Translations under genes and position numbers: made by a program
Assembly (NCBI GenBank): GCA_003971905.1
Contig: RSEE01000071.1
Location: forward strand, 62,001-126,000
DNA: 64,000 nucleotides
DNA from: Moniliella sp. 'wahieum'
Taxonomy: Eukaryota
Reading direction: 5' to 3'
Notes under the pieces: model-generated
Seen by the model: the letters and a program-made list of their open reading frames with translations, nothing else
What the model was told of the DNA's origin: nothing
Database searches by the model: none
Shown: positions 48,907-62,634 of the stretch, one piece after another
Layout of the letters: every line of letters begins with the position of its first letter
Numbering within the stretch: position 1 is the first letter of the stretch

Positions 48907-50543
48907 ATGTGCCATTTCACTTCCTACCCCTCAGCTGTCGAACCCGGACTGGGCCGACCAGCACCTTCTGTCTCCCTTTCCTAAAGAAGGCATTACCTTC
49001 ACGCGTGCATCGCAATTGGCCAACGAACAACTGAGCCAATACCAAGCCCTTTACCATATTCTTGAGGATCACAGACTTTGGTGGCCAAAAACAATGCGTC
49101 TGATTTCAAACCCGTCTCACATTTATCTCAGGCAAACTATCAGCTCTGAGCAAAAGGTCGTGAAAATGGTCGGCGATCCTACTAAGCGACTTCCCAGCGA
49201 TCCGTCTGTCCAGCCGACTGTCGTGTGTCACTATGACGAGTTGCGTAGTGTGTTCCACCGCACTTTAATACATTTTTGCGAACCGTTTTGGTTCTCCGCT
49301 TCTTCTTCCCAACAATCTTCCGCAACATCGGAACCGGAGGATCCCGTTGCGACCCCACGGCCGGTCGCGTCACCTGGTCTCACGACGAATCCATTGTTCA
49401 TACTCATGTGGCAACAACGACACCGTCGATTACTCCTCCGATTGATGAAGCGATTTGTCATCTTTGAAGAAGGCTGCCTGTTCTGGAATATCTGCGGAAG
49501 CCCTCGCGCGTCTAGCCGAGCAGCGTTGGGGTCTTGACGCGAGCACTCCAGCGTTTTTGCAGTTCTAGAGGATTGGCCGTCCGGAGCACCCGCCGGCAAT
49601 GTTTCGTCCGTGACGCCGCCCCTGCCTTCTAACCCGGAGCCCTTCCCAGCCTTGGCCAAAATTACCCGAAGCGTCAACGTTGTGGACAAGTACAATGCGG
49701 GACAATATTTCTGGCCTTGGGCGGACTTGGTTCTGGGCAGACTTGACGATGCGGTGGACGGTGCTCGTGATTGATTCAAACTGGAGAAGCTGATCCCCAT
49801 TACAATCGCTTACTGGATCACAAACTACACGCTCCTCTTTTGGCTCACTTGCACCGCAATGTTAGCGCGTCTGTTCCATATTCTGTTACTACCGGCCTGG
49901 CTTCTGTACTTTTCCGTATCCTGTTACAACGTTTCGGTCAATCGTCACCGGCCGAACATTGTGATATTATCCGGCAGCTTCTTGACCTTCGTCTCGGGTC
50001 TTCGACAGGATCCACATACGTGGAGCGGCACCGCAGTCTGGTTTACAAACTGGAAGTGCGTTTGCGTCGTCCCTTTTCTGAGGACGTCCTCCGTTCTTTT
50101 TTACTTAATGGTCTCCAGGATCGAACGTTTGCGGCATTCACCCTCACACGAACTACGACCAGCTATTGATGTTGGTTTCGAGCCTTCCGGCAGCACCTTC
50201 GTCATCGTCTCTTCCGAACAAGCCTGTAACGCCGGGCTCAGGTGGTCGAAAGCCTTCTCATCCCAGTACATCTCAGGGTGGCGGGTCGTCTCGCAAGGGG
50301 GGCTCTTCCCAATGGAGTGGGGCACCTGGCTCAGGGTCTGGTCAACGTGGAGGTGGGACTGTAGCTTACGGATCTCAAGGTGCCGCCAATTGGACTGCTG
50401 CTAACACTGTGGCTCCTGTTTCGGGTCCTTCTGTGGCAGCATACCCAAACGCTACTTTTTCCAGTGGACCCCTACATTTCCCCCCTATTCCTACCAACGA
50501 TTCCAGTGCGTCCAGTATCTCTCCTTCTCATCAGTCTGAATAG
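48907..50543 (+). CDS. Gag of copia copy A (frameshifted in the assembly)
   Basis: Colinear with copy B gag and ends SPSHQSE-TAG. Confidence 0.8.
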
Positions 50544-53500
50544 GACGGCGCGGGGAGTACTTCGCCAGCCCCCCCTGCGCAACATGATTCGGGCGCGTGC
50601 CCGTCTGTCTTCAAGGATAGGAACGCATTTACTTCACTACATCCTAGTCATGCTTCTATAGTCCTTGCAGATGGACGGGTCGTGCAAGCCGATGGCATTG
50701 GCACTGTTTCTGTCTATATCCATACCTGTACCGGCCCTCCCCTGTTCGTTCAACTCCCTGATTCCTTCTATTGTGCTTCTTTTCCTTATAACTTGGTCAG
50801 TGCGTATCAACTCTCGATGACCGGAATCGAGAGTTTGGTCGCGGCGCGGGGCCAAGGCATCTATCTGTGCGCCGAACGGGTGACATCCCCCGCCTTGTTA
50901 CGGACGCTAGCTACAAAATGTTTATCGAACCATTTCTTCCTTCCCATTCTCCTTCCCCTTCCCCTTCCCACAATGTGCCCTTTCAATCGAACCATCTACT
51001 GTTTTGGACAAGATTCAACGAGTCCATGAACAATGGAACCATATCTCCCTTGACCAGCTCCCACACTTAACCGCCTCTATGCCCCTTCCTTATAGTGTTC
51101 TACCTCAAGATGTAGCGACTGTTCGTCCCCACTGGCATTGCCCTTCCTGTATTCTCTCGCATGCCACAGCCCCTCCTCATTCCCTTTCTCAAACTGCTAC
51201 CCGGAACACCCGACCTTTTTCCTTGATCCACATCGATGTGGTCGACATTCCTCGCCAAGGTGGCGGGGGACACGGGTGGGGTTTAGTTATCGTCGACGAC
51301 TTCACCCGGTACGTTTTCTTAATACTTCCTCTTTCTTCCAAAGGTGAAGCCACTGCATCTCTTCCCCACTTTATTACCCGTGAGCAGCGTCAGCACCCTG
51401 AAAGACCCCTCCAGGTGGTCCGCTCTCCGACAATGCTCCAGAATTGACCTCCGCTATGATCGATTTTTACGACGAACAAGGTACCGTGACAGGAACCACC
51501 AATCCAGGTGAAAGTGCTTCAAATGGTATCGCCGAAAGAGCGATCCGATCCATCATGGACCGTGCTCGCACTTTGCTCGCTTCTACTCGCCTGGTTCCCG
51601 AAGATTGGTGGCATCATGCTCTTCACGCTGCGGCGTACACACACAACCTTGTGCCTCCGAAGGGTTGGGGGGCAACAGCCGTTTTGCACGTTACCACGAT
51701 TTCCCTCCTTCCCTTCCTATGCATGGTTTCGGTACCCTAGCATACCTTCACCTCTTTCCCAACCAGCGTGACGGCGGTAAGTTGGGTCCGCGGGCCGTTC
51801 CTGCCATGCTCATCGGATACGACGAGCGCCATGGTAGTAAGGGTTGGCTTTTGCTCTGCATGGCGGCCCTGGCCTACTTTACTATCGCTGGAAGAAACCG
51901 TTCAAGTGGACCAACCTGTCATACACTGCAGAGCATCCCACACATTTCAACCTTATTCCTTCTAACATTGTTTCTCCTCACGGGACTGGGGGGGTTGAGG
52001 AGACACCGGACGCAAGTTCCCCAAACCTTGCGACTTTACCTGCTCCTCCTACTGTAGCCCATCCTACTCCTACTCCTGCCATTGTATCCCCACCTCCTGC
52101 TGATGCACCCTTGTTCCTAACCAAAACAATCTGCGCTGCGTCGTAATCCGGACGCCGTGCACGACTCCACGCCCCCCTCCCCTTGATCTCTCTCATCCTG
52201 CTCCGATAACCCCCAGAATCCATCTTTCATTCCCTTTCTCTTAAGGTCCCCACCCTCTTTCATCCTCCTGTCTCACTTTCCACTCTTGATTTACCCACTT
52301 TTGTCAACATCTTCTCGGTCCCATGCCCAATACTTCCATGATTCCCGACTCGGACCGCACTCAGCCTCCTCTTGCCCTTGCTCTCGACCACGCGCGAGAC
52401 GAGGACGCACTCCTTCTTACCACCGATGGTGTTCCATTGGCGCCCAAGTCCGTGCGGGCTCTCGTCGGCCACCCTGCATTTGATGATGTACTTGCTGCCA
52501 TGCGCGTTGAACTGACGCGTTTCGATTCTCGCAAGGTGAAGGAGGTGGTGCCCACACCTCCGGGGCACGTGTGTTACCCCGTATTTGGGTTCTCAGTACC
52601 AAGACGGATGCTGAGGGTCGCTTTGTCAAGTATCGTGCGCGTTATGTAGTGGGAGGATATCGCCAACTTCCCGGATCATGGACCAAGTCATTTGCTCCCG
52701 CGGTTCACACCTCCGCCGTCAATACTTTGATCTCAGAGGCGGAAGGGCTCCAGCTCTTTACAGCCGGCGTTGAGGCGGCGTACCTGTATGCGGACGTGAC
52801 CGAAGAGGTCTATGTTCGGCTGCCTCCCTTTTTCCTAGAAGGGAAAGGCAAGTGTTGGAAACTGAAGAAGAGTCTTTATGGTCTCCATTAAAGTGGAGCC
52901 AATTTTGGTGATTGGCTGCGTACTTTCCTTTGTGACCGTCTTGGCTTTACCAGTCTCAAGTCGGAGCCTTGCTCTTCATTCGTCGTACCCAATCCTTGGA
53001 TCTCATTCTATTGGCCATCCACAACTGGATTTTCTTGTTGCTTGCCGTTCGGGATCTCATTCTATTGGCCATCCACACTGACGATTTTCTTGTTGCTTGC
53101 CGTTCGGGGGTCATCTACGATTCCTTCCTTGTTGAGCTTCGCCGCCATATCGAAATTAAATCCAATGGCCCACCACTTATTCGTTTCCATCTCGGATGCC
53201 AGTACGACCGCATTGATGGGCACCTCTACGTGAGCCAACCCAAATTCATTACTGAAACGCTTGCCACCCACGACATGATTCACGACCATCCTCGACGTCT
53301 CCCGCTCAGTCACACTCTTCCTCCTCCCCTACGTCCCGAGCACGAACCACGATCCACAACACGCGACGAGAATCACGCCTACCGTTCTATGGTCGGGTCT
53401 GCCATGTGGTCGGCTCGCATGTCTCGTCCCGACACCTTGTTTGCCGCCACCTTCTTGGCTCGTTTCTTAGATGACCCTTCTCGTGCTCACCGTGACGCTG

Positions 53501-54074
53501 CCGTTGGGTTGTTGCGATACCTGAAGGGTACTGGACCATTCCCTCCGCTTAACACCTGTTGACCGCGCAAGACCCCTCCTTGAACTGCATACGGATGCTT
53601 CTTTTGCTTCGGACAGGCGTTGCTCACGGTCTGTTTCCGGGTACGTTGTGTTTGTGTATGGTGTGCCTGTCTCGTGGAATACCAAGACACAGAACCAAGG
53701 GATGAGCAACACACAGCCGCTTCCGAATACTTGGCCATGGGTGATGGTTTGCGCGATGCACTCTTTGTGCGCAACATTCTTGAGCTGTTGGGCACATTTG
53801 TTCTGCTGCACACCCAATTCAGCTCTTTGTGGACAACACTGCAGCAAAGGCTCTTGCCGAGAAGCTTGGCAGCCTGGGTAAGATCCGCGAGATCGATGTG
53901 TGGTACCATGAGGTGCGAGAACGCATCCATGGTGGCGAGCTTGTCGTTCATCATGTCCCGGGCGTGGATCATTTATCTGATTGGTTCACCAAACCTGTTG
54001 GTCTTCCCAAACTCCTTTCCACATCTCAACAATTCGATTTGGCTCCCCTTTCTTCTCGTTTGGTTTCTTCTTAA
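50544..54074 (+). CDS. Pol (PR-IN-RT-RNase H) of copia copy A (frameshifted in the assembly)
   Basis: PR HDSGAC. IN H..H/CPSC, IHIDVV, IVDDFTRY, SNGIAER and GKLGPRA. RT KYRARYVVGGYRQ, LKKSLYGL, HTDD and YRSMVGS. RH DNTAA, IDVWYH and SDWFTKP. Confidence 0.92.
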
Positions 54075-54121
54075 CTTGTTTTGGCCTACGAGTTTCCTTT
54101 GGTCCCTTGGCCCGGGGGGGG

Positions 54122-54355
54122 TGTTGAGCCATCAGGTGGCTCGTGCTTTGGCCAATGTCCCTTCAGTTCCTCCTCAGGCATAGGAGTTCCGTTGTTTTCT
54201 CCTGTTTTTCCTTGTTCCGCAGCTTAGCCCTGGTGGCGACTCGCTGCTTGATGTCCCTCTGTAGGCGTTGCTGGTTGGCTTAGACCACCACCACCACCAC
54301 CACTAGCGCGATTGCATCACCCTCGAGGACCAACTGGACTCCAGATCTCATATCA
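54122..54355 (+). repeat. 3' LTR of copia copy A
   Basis: Direct repeat of 48567-48794 with a few substitutions and indels. Confidence 0.95.
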
Positions 54356-57300
54356 GGGCGCCAGATCGATTACAAATATACAAACAAACCTTTCGCCACT
54401 CAGGGAATGAAATGAAGGTACTCGCTGACGGATTGTTCTCGGCTCGGTACTCAGTCTCTGTCGTACGGTACTACTACAATTGTGCGGCCCGTTCCGCCTC
54501 TCTCCCCCCCATTCTGTTGTGCCTCCGGGCTTCCTTTCCCTGATTGCATCATCACCACTTCTTCCCCTGCCTTGTTCGCCTCCCACAGGTCTCTAGATCT
54601 GATCCTCCGGGGCGGGGTTCAGACCCCACTCTCGTCTCGTCTCGTCTCGTCATCGATCATCATTATGTGTAGACGAGAGACTATGAAAGCAAAGGAAAAA
54701 TCAAGTTAAAGTGGTTTTCATGTTCTTGATGAGGTTCAACGTTCGTTCAGCTTGAAGCTTGACCCATCATGCTCCTCAAGCTTCAGAGCTTCAGCCCCAT
54801 ACCCCACACGCCGAGGGCTAGCCTTAGCGTTGCAAACGACCCGAGATGCTGGTGATATGAAAAGATGGAGAGTCGGTACTTGGTTGGCGTAGACGACGTT
54901 GAACGTTGAACGTGTTGAACGTTGGAACGTTGACGAATTATTGAGAAAACCTTTAAGGTTTTAAGGTTGAGGCGTTTTGGCGTTTTGGCGTTTTGGCGAG
55001 TTGACGCGTTGACGCATTATTCACGCGTCTCGGGCCAAAAAAGCTGATCGCTGATCCCTCGATCGTCTCGATCACTAGCGCACTAGCACTATTCAATATT
55101 CAATCCGATTCTCCGTCCGCGCGCAAACGTCCAACGCGCTGTGGCAGTGCTGTGGGCGTGCTGTGCCTCGAGAGCTTTTCTGTATCGGAGCAGGCGTGCG
55201 CAGAATACACAAACGTACACATCGCATCTATCTGGGTACTCAGTTGCCATAGGATGAGTCAGTGCTCGTAGCCAGATCATCACTCGCTCACTGGCTCACT
55301 CCGGCCGTCCAACGTCCAACGGCCACATGCCACTTGCTGTCTGGTTTTTTGGTTTGTGGAGTACTGCTTCTGCATCGGCCGGGTTGGTTCAGCCACCCAT
55401 GCGTAACGCCCCACGCGTCACGCGCCATACATCAGCATCATGCACATGGGAGCCCCTTCGTAGGTCTCATATCTGTTTGGATCGAGCTCACTGGCATGAT
55501 CGATGCGTGACTTATGACGCGTGGCGCGGTCTGTAGCATGCATGATGCGTGATGCATGATGCATGATGGGGGGCAGTGCGTCTGCTGTCTAACTTGGTAG
55601 GCCACAGAGCAGACAGCCGCAACCGAGGCCCTCGGCACCATCGCAAGGCCAACAGGGCTCGGATCTCGGATGGCAGTGCTAAGCGTGACTGCCTGCTACT
55701 GCCCTGGTGTGCCTTTCAACCGAGTGAAGCTGAAAGCTTAAAATGTGGACAAGGACTAGGCGCTACGGCGCAGGGAGAGAACATGGATATGGACCGAGGA
55801 CCAGAGCGAGGTGCGTGAAATCATAAATCAGGCCAATCAGGAATCACTTGCAAGACTCGCTTATGACATCACTAGCTTGAAGCTTGACTGGCTCACTGGC
55901 ACCCCCAGAAAGCACGGATATCACACTTACCTTGCAGCCACCCGCATCCCATGTCACATGCATCACATCGGTCCAACGTACAATTTCAATGGCTAGCTGG
56001 GGTGGATGCGATCGAATGGGCTTTCAAGCTTCCGGCTCTACCACTGCCACATCCATCCGATCCGAGCTGTCCGCTTGAAGCCGAATACTCATCATGCATC
56101 GCACACCATGCATCATGCATCATGCACTCCCGCTTGGGCCTGGTGTGCGTATAAAATTTGAGAAGGCACAATGGCTGCCTAGGACGGCCGGGCGGCTGCC
56201 CGCACCATGCACCAACGTCCAAACGTCCAAACGTCCAAACGTCCAATCCGCACCCACGGCGATCATCGATCGCCGATCATCCATTGTCTTTTCACATTTC
56301 AGCGCGTGCGTGAGTCACTCACTAGTCAAGCTAGTCAAGCTTCAAGCGCAGAGGCACATGCATGACGCGTGACGCATGGTGGATGATGCAAATGGGTGAT
56401 CGATGGTCGCTCTGTACCAAGTACGGAAAACCTTGCTTTTGCAGCGAGATTGGCACATCATGCATCATGCATCAGGACCAGGGCACATCTGAAAGAACGG
56501 CGTCAAACTGCGTCACGCCATCAAGCGTCGCATCGTGCATCATGCATCATTCATGCTATCGAGTCACGAGTCACATTCACGAGTCACATTTACATCACGT
56601 ATGATCGCCACAAGTGACGCGTTCGACATCCCAGGGGAGAATGTGCGCCGGCTAGTGCAGGCTAGTGCAGGCTAGCGCAGGCGAGCGCTAGCTAGACACG
56701 ACTGGTTGGAGTCTGCATTCCTAGCAAGGGGGTAAGCGCCTCACAGGTCGGCAGTGCGCTGCCACCGCTGGGCATGAGAGCAGTGTGCCACGGGTGGCGT
56801 TGGGCCAGAGCGGGGCTAGGAGGCACCAGGTTGTGTCGCAGCACGGGGGCGCTTTGGAGGGGACGTGGTCCAGCACCGCAGCACCCTGGGGGGCACGGAA
56901 GCACCCTTCGGTTCCCCCGTGCGCGCTGCTGCGCCGCACCCCTGCATCTACGCAGTCGCCCCAAGCACGTGCAGGCACACCGCCCCTGGGCACTGCGCGG
57001 CTGCGGTGCGACGCATGTGACATGTGACACCCACCGGCCGGAGGCTCCCTCGGCTTGTGCGCCCCTCTCCCCCACGCGTGCTGTGGGCTGGGAGGCTGGG
57101 AGGACATGCCTTCCGGGCGGACAATGTGGCTGGAGCCCGGTGTGCCTGCAGTACTCCGACGGTGTCTCTGGTGTGTCTGTCAAATTTCCACCTTGGGGAG
57201 TAGCCCGGTGACCGGTGACAAGTACCATGGATCCCTGCCGTGGCCCAGTGCCGCGTGGGCAGCCGAAAAACTTGAAGCTTGACTGCAGGCGCGCAGACGG

Positions 57301-57847
57301 TTCTGCAGAAGCCAGATCGAGTGATGCATGACGCATGATGCTAGTGATGGGGAGCGGGTGTGGCCACACAGCCCCCGTGGCAGGCGGTGCGCCTGCGAGC
57401 GTGTTGGTGATGGAGCACCACGCCACTCTCTGCCCCCCCAGGATCTTCCCAACGCAACGTGGGCACACCGCACGGCGCCAGCCTCGGGGTAGCGCGCGAT
57501 GCCCGTCACATGCAGCACAGGCCGTGGCACTGCTTGCGCGCGCCCAGGCCGGCCGACACTGGTGGGCTGCCTGCGGCCGCATGCTGTGCATGTGACGTCG
57601 GGGGCAGCCACACTGGCGCCGCGCCGGGCCCTGTGTGAATTCGGCATGCCCAACGTCTACGGGGTATCGGCCGGAGGCGCACAGCTGGTGTGCCTGCAGC
57701 CGGCTCGCGCTCCTGCCTTCCCCAGGGCACCCGCCTCACCTCTCTCATAGACCCCCCACCACCCTGCCGTCTTCTTCTTCTCCGGCCCCACCATTGCCTC
57801 TTCCTTTTCCCCCCACCACCTCCTCCTCCTCGGCTCGCATTGTAGAG

Positions 57848-60513
57848 ATGCGTGCCTCTCCCGCGTGTGCGCCTGCGCGCACGATGCGCCGCTCGCCCCT
57901 TCTCTATACCACCGCCGCCCTTGCCGCCCTCGCCGCCATGCCCGCCGCCAGCGCTGCCAGCACCACCTCCCAGTCCACTGCGACCGTCGTGTCGGCCATC
58001 ATTATGAACGGTGTCATTGTGGGAATCGAAGTCGTCGGCTTTCTTTTGCTCCGTCGCATTTTCCCCGTGGTGTATGCGCCCAAAACCTTCCTTGGCCCTG
58101 ACTCGGAACGCACCCCCGCACAGAGCCCTTCGCTCTTTGGCTGGCTCATCGACACGATCAAATGGGACAAGTACGACATTCTGCGCAAGCAAGGCCTCGA
58201 CGCATTCATGTACATCGAGTACCTCGAAATGATGGTCATCTGTTTCCTCCCCGTGTTCTTTTTGGGTTACGTTGTGCTCATGCCTGTCTATGGCACGGGC
58301 TTCAATGACACCAAAGACTTTGCTGGATTCGAAAAGTTCACCTTCAATCACCATGCCCCGACCTACCACGGCGAGCTGCGTCTCATCGCTCCGCTGCTGG
58401 TTCAGTGGATTTGTACTGTGGACCCTGTACTGGATCCGTCGCAAGACGTCCAACTTTGTCAAACTGCGCCAAGAGTTCCTCGTTTCCGAAAAGCATTCGT
58501 CTACGCCTCAGGCCCGCACCGTTCTCATCACCGGTATCCCCAACGAGATCCTCTCCGTCTCGCGCGCTGACCAAGATGTACAACCACCTCCCCGGTGGCG
58601 TCGCCAAGATTTGGATCAACCGTGGCGTGGACAAGCTTCCTGATCTGCAAGCGGAGCGCTCTGGTGTGCTTGACAAGTTGGAGGGCGCAACGGCCAAGGC
58701 AATTGCAAAGGTGATGAAGAAGATCAAGAAGGGTAAAGTGGAGGGCGTTGAGATGTCGGGCACCGATGCTGAAGGCACCAATGTACCCCTCGATGTTCTA
58801 GACCGCTACCTCGAGGAAAAGGAGCGCCCTCACCCAAGCTTGGCTGGCTTGGTCTCTTTGGGAAGAAGGTCGACACGCTCAAGTGGTGCCGTGACGAGCT
58901 GGTGCGCCTTAACGAAGCGATTGACGAAGCTCACGACAACTTCCACACCGACCGCAAGACCTACAAGCCTGAGAACAGCGCCTTCATTCTTTTCCACCAG
59001 CAGCTCGCCGCTCAGATTGCCGTTTCTCAGCAACCCTACCACCTTCCCTACCGCATGACCGGTCGCTATGCCGACATGGCTCCTGAGAATGTGATTTGGT
59101 CCAACCTGACGATGAACCCGTACGAGAAGAAGATTCGCACGGCCATCTTCTGGGCTGCCACGATCGCCCTGTGTCTCTTCTGGTGTATCCCTGTGGGCTT
59201 CACCGGTATTGTTTCCAATGTTAAGGGTCTGTCCCAGAAGGTGTCCTGGCTTCACTGGCTTAACCACATTGGCGTTGTGACCGGTATCATCCAGTCGATT
59301 GGCCCTACGATTGCCCTTGCTGTGCTCAACATGCTACTCCCTCCCATTGCGGATGTTTGCGCGCCACTCGGGTATTCCAACCGCTACCGGCATTGAACTT
59401 TCGCTCATGGACCGCTATCCTCTTCCAGTTCTTCCAGAACTTCCTCTTGATGACGATCGTGTCGGGTAGTGCATCTAGCATCACCCAGTTTGCCAAATCC
59501 ATTTCGAAGAACCCGGGCCAGTTCCCACTCTCATCGCCACTGCGATTCCCAAGGCTTCCAACTTCTTCCTCTCCTACCTGCTTCTCACGGGGTTGACTGG
59601 GTTTGGCAGTGGCATGTTGCAAATTGTGACTCTGGTCATGTACTACGTGAAGAAATTCCTGCTTGCCTCCACCGCGGAAAGTGTGGCACGTTGAGAACGA
59701 CATGGGCGCTCCCGGATTTGGCACTCTCTTCCCGGCCACCTCGCTGATCACGATCATTGGCATTGGCTATTGTGTCATTGCTCCGATCTCGTCTGGCTTT
59801 GTGTGGGTGACGTTCTGCCTCTACTGGTTGCTGTACAAGTACAACGCGATTTACGTGTGGGACTGCAAGCCCACGTCGGAGACTAGCGGCCTGTTTCCCC
59901 AAGGCGATCAACCACGTGTTTGCCGCGCTGTACCTTGAGCACATTCTCTTGGCTGCTCTCTTCTTCTTGTCGCAATATACCCACACTGACGCCAACGGCA
60001 ACACGTCCCAGAAGCAAGGTGCTATTCCTGAGGGCGCATTTACCGTTGTGCTGGGTGTGATTGTGATTTGCTTCCACATCTTTATGCAAGACTCGTTCAA
60101 GCCGCTGTACACTTCGCTTGCCATCGCTTGTCAAGGACGAGCCTACGGCGTTGGCCAAGGGATCGAGCGCGACAACGGCCACGGAGGAAGCCAAGCCACT
60201 CTTGACGCCCGGAAGCAACCTGTCGCCGAACGAAAAGTACGAACGTTCGGCCGTGGCAGAGGAACCGACGTCTTCCTCGGCTCCTGCCGACCCGGAGGCA
60301 GACCTCAACACGTTTGACCACCCGGCCGTCACGACGCCGATGCGGGAACTGTGGTTGCCCAACGACGCCTATGCCATTGGCTCGTCCGAGGTGAGCAATG
60401 CGCGCGCGCGCGACTTGGAAGCCACAAACGAAGGTACCGCCTACACTGTCTGGAAGAAGAAGACCATCATCTCGGTCTTTGCGCATGAACCGCCTGGTGA
60501 GGCATTGGTCTAA
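57848..60513 (+). CDS. OSCA/TMEM63 (DUF221, Rsn1/Phm7-like) channel
   Basis: VYAPKTF, GLDAFMYIEYL, ARTVLITGIP, NSAFILF, APENVIWSNL, YCVIAP, SGLFP.AI..VF and a C-terminal FDHPAV..LWLPND. Start is 57848 or 57884. Confidence 0.93.
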
Positions 60514-62416
60514 GCCAGGCGCTTTTGCACTTTTCCACTCCTGCACTCCTGCCACTACTGCACTACTGCACTTACCCTCGGGCAGTTTTGCCTGGTGGGT
60601 TGGACCTGGACCTTTGGTTTTAGGGCCTGGGGCGGTGGTGCGCCTCGGACCTTGGTTCGCGTTGCTGTTGTGATGGCAACTATATATCCCCCCCCTTCCG
60701 TTTCTCCCTACACCCCCTTTTCCTTTTTTTTTTCTTTGCCTGTTCGCCTCGTTTCCCCCTTTCTCCCCTCTTCTCCTTTCTCCACCTTTCCTGTCCTTTC
60801 CCTTTCCCTTCCTTGTGCCTGTCGTACTTGTCTCTAATCCTTTTCGTACAACTAGCTTCGCCCGATCCCCTTCTCGTCTGCGTGCAGCGTAGTCCCCCTT
60901 TGCCCCTTCGTCCCCCCTCCGCCTCCCTCCCTCTTTATCCCTTGTCTGTCCTTTCGCCGCGTATGCATGTTAATGCTGCTCCCCTGTACTTTCTGTCCGT
61001 CAGACATCAGACCTCAGACTCAGACTTCAGACTTCGAACCTCGAACCTCAGACCACGCAGGCTCCGACGCCGTAATGTGTCTGGGTTGCGTTGCGTTGTG
61101 TTGAGCATGGCGGGGATGGCGGTGGCCCACACTCCGTCCTATACTGCCCAGTACTCAGTGTTCGTTGCGGTGTGCGCGTGGAATTGGCTCTCGTGGTATG
61201 CTTGGCCAGCCCCATCGAACGGTTGGTTCCTCCCTGCAATGGTTCCCCTCTCCCCTCGGGCGCACCTCGCACCTCGGTTCGCGCTGGCCACTCCACCTTC
61301 CATCCTATCTTCCACGCTACCTTCCACGCTATCTTCCGCGCTACCTTCCCCTCTCCCCCCGGCCGCGCATGCGAAAGTGGTCTAGTTCTGTGTTCCTCTC
61401 CCTCTTCCTCTTTCCGTTCCTTTAATGTGTTTCACGTCCCGAGATGCCCTGTTTGTGTTGGTTCCTCCTTTTCTCGTCTTTATTTCCTCGTTTTCTCTTC
61501 CTTCGCACTGCACTGACTGCTACGGCTACGGCTACGGCTATGGTTACTGCTGCCGGGGTAGTACAGCCTGAGAGTAGTGCACCTCCTTCATCCATCGTAT
61601 CCGTATCCCATCTTTCCTCCTTCTCAGACAGAGCACTCAGGCAGAGCACTCAGACGGAGCGCTGTGTGCTGATGGGCGCAGAGGCCGCCTGCGACTCTCG
61701 AGCAGCTAGCACAGCTGCCACCCAGCGTGAACGCAGGACGGGCTCCGTTCGTAGGTTTGATGTACGTTGTCAGGTGGCAGTCGAAGTCCTGCCTCGACCT
61801 TGGAACGAGAGATGGGAAAGAACGAAGCCAAACACGACTGGAATGACGAGCCGCCGAGATGAAGTGATGGCCGTGATGAACAGCGGGGGAGGCGGAGCAA
61901 GTACCGAGACAAGTATCACCGGCCTGTTGTGCCTTCAATTGGACTATACGGCTCGTGCCGGTCCCACCTCGCTGCGATACCCTTTCCGTCTTCGCGTTCT
62001 TGCTCAGGCTTTCATCAGGTTTCAGGCCCTCACGCGGGGCCCATCTATTCTCTCTAGACTTGCCACTGGCTTGCTTTGAACCCATCTGGCAGACCTTCAT
62101 GCTCCAAGTCCCGCGGCTGCTGTACGTACTAGCTGTACCTGTAGCTGTACTTGTAGCTGCACCTGCAGCTGTGACTGTCGGTGTAACTGTAGCTGGTGCT
62201 CAGCGCATCCTTTGGTTGACCCATTGCCTCGGGCCTGCGTCCCCCGACGTTGGCAACCAAGCCAAAGGCGCTTGGGTAGGGTACTTGCCTCCCTCTCTGG
62301 CTTGTGAACGATGGGATCCTAACGCTCCTTCTTTCAGTCCCCACGTGCCTCTCCCACCCCGCGCCTCGTATCCCTCCCCCACATAACCATCAAACCATGC
62401 GGAAGCACACTGGAGC

Positions 62417-62417
62417 T

Positions 62418-62453
<36 letters not shown>
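62417..62453. repeat. (GCAC)n microsatellite
   Basis: Seen directly. Confidence 0.9.
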
Positions 62454-62634
62454 CCAACACAACAAGATGGGCGATGAGGTCGATAAGATGCAATGAAGAG
62501 TACGTACGGCCCGGACTTTGTTTGACGGGCGAAAAAGGAGCGGAAAGCAGAGTGTTAGAACTGGTACCGACAAGGCCAAGGGACGGCAAGGCAAGGGTGA
62601 GAGGGGAACTTCCACCCTGTTACACACACCCCTG

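Larger units (their letters stand above)
48567..54355 (+). mobile_element. Full-length Ty1/copia LTR retrotransposon (copy A)
   Basis: TG..CA LTRs, TSD GGGCG (48562-48566 and 54356-54360), a G-run PPT at 54114-54121, and domain order gag-PR-IN-RT-RH. Confidence 0.96.

Noticed and set aside
61444..62386. ORFs between the OSCA gene and RAD6
   Set aside because: Low-complexity sequence, no recognisable homology and no consistent splice structure.
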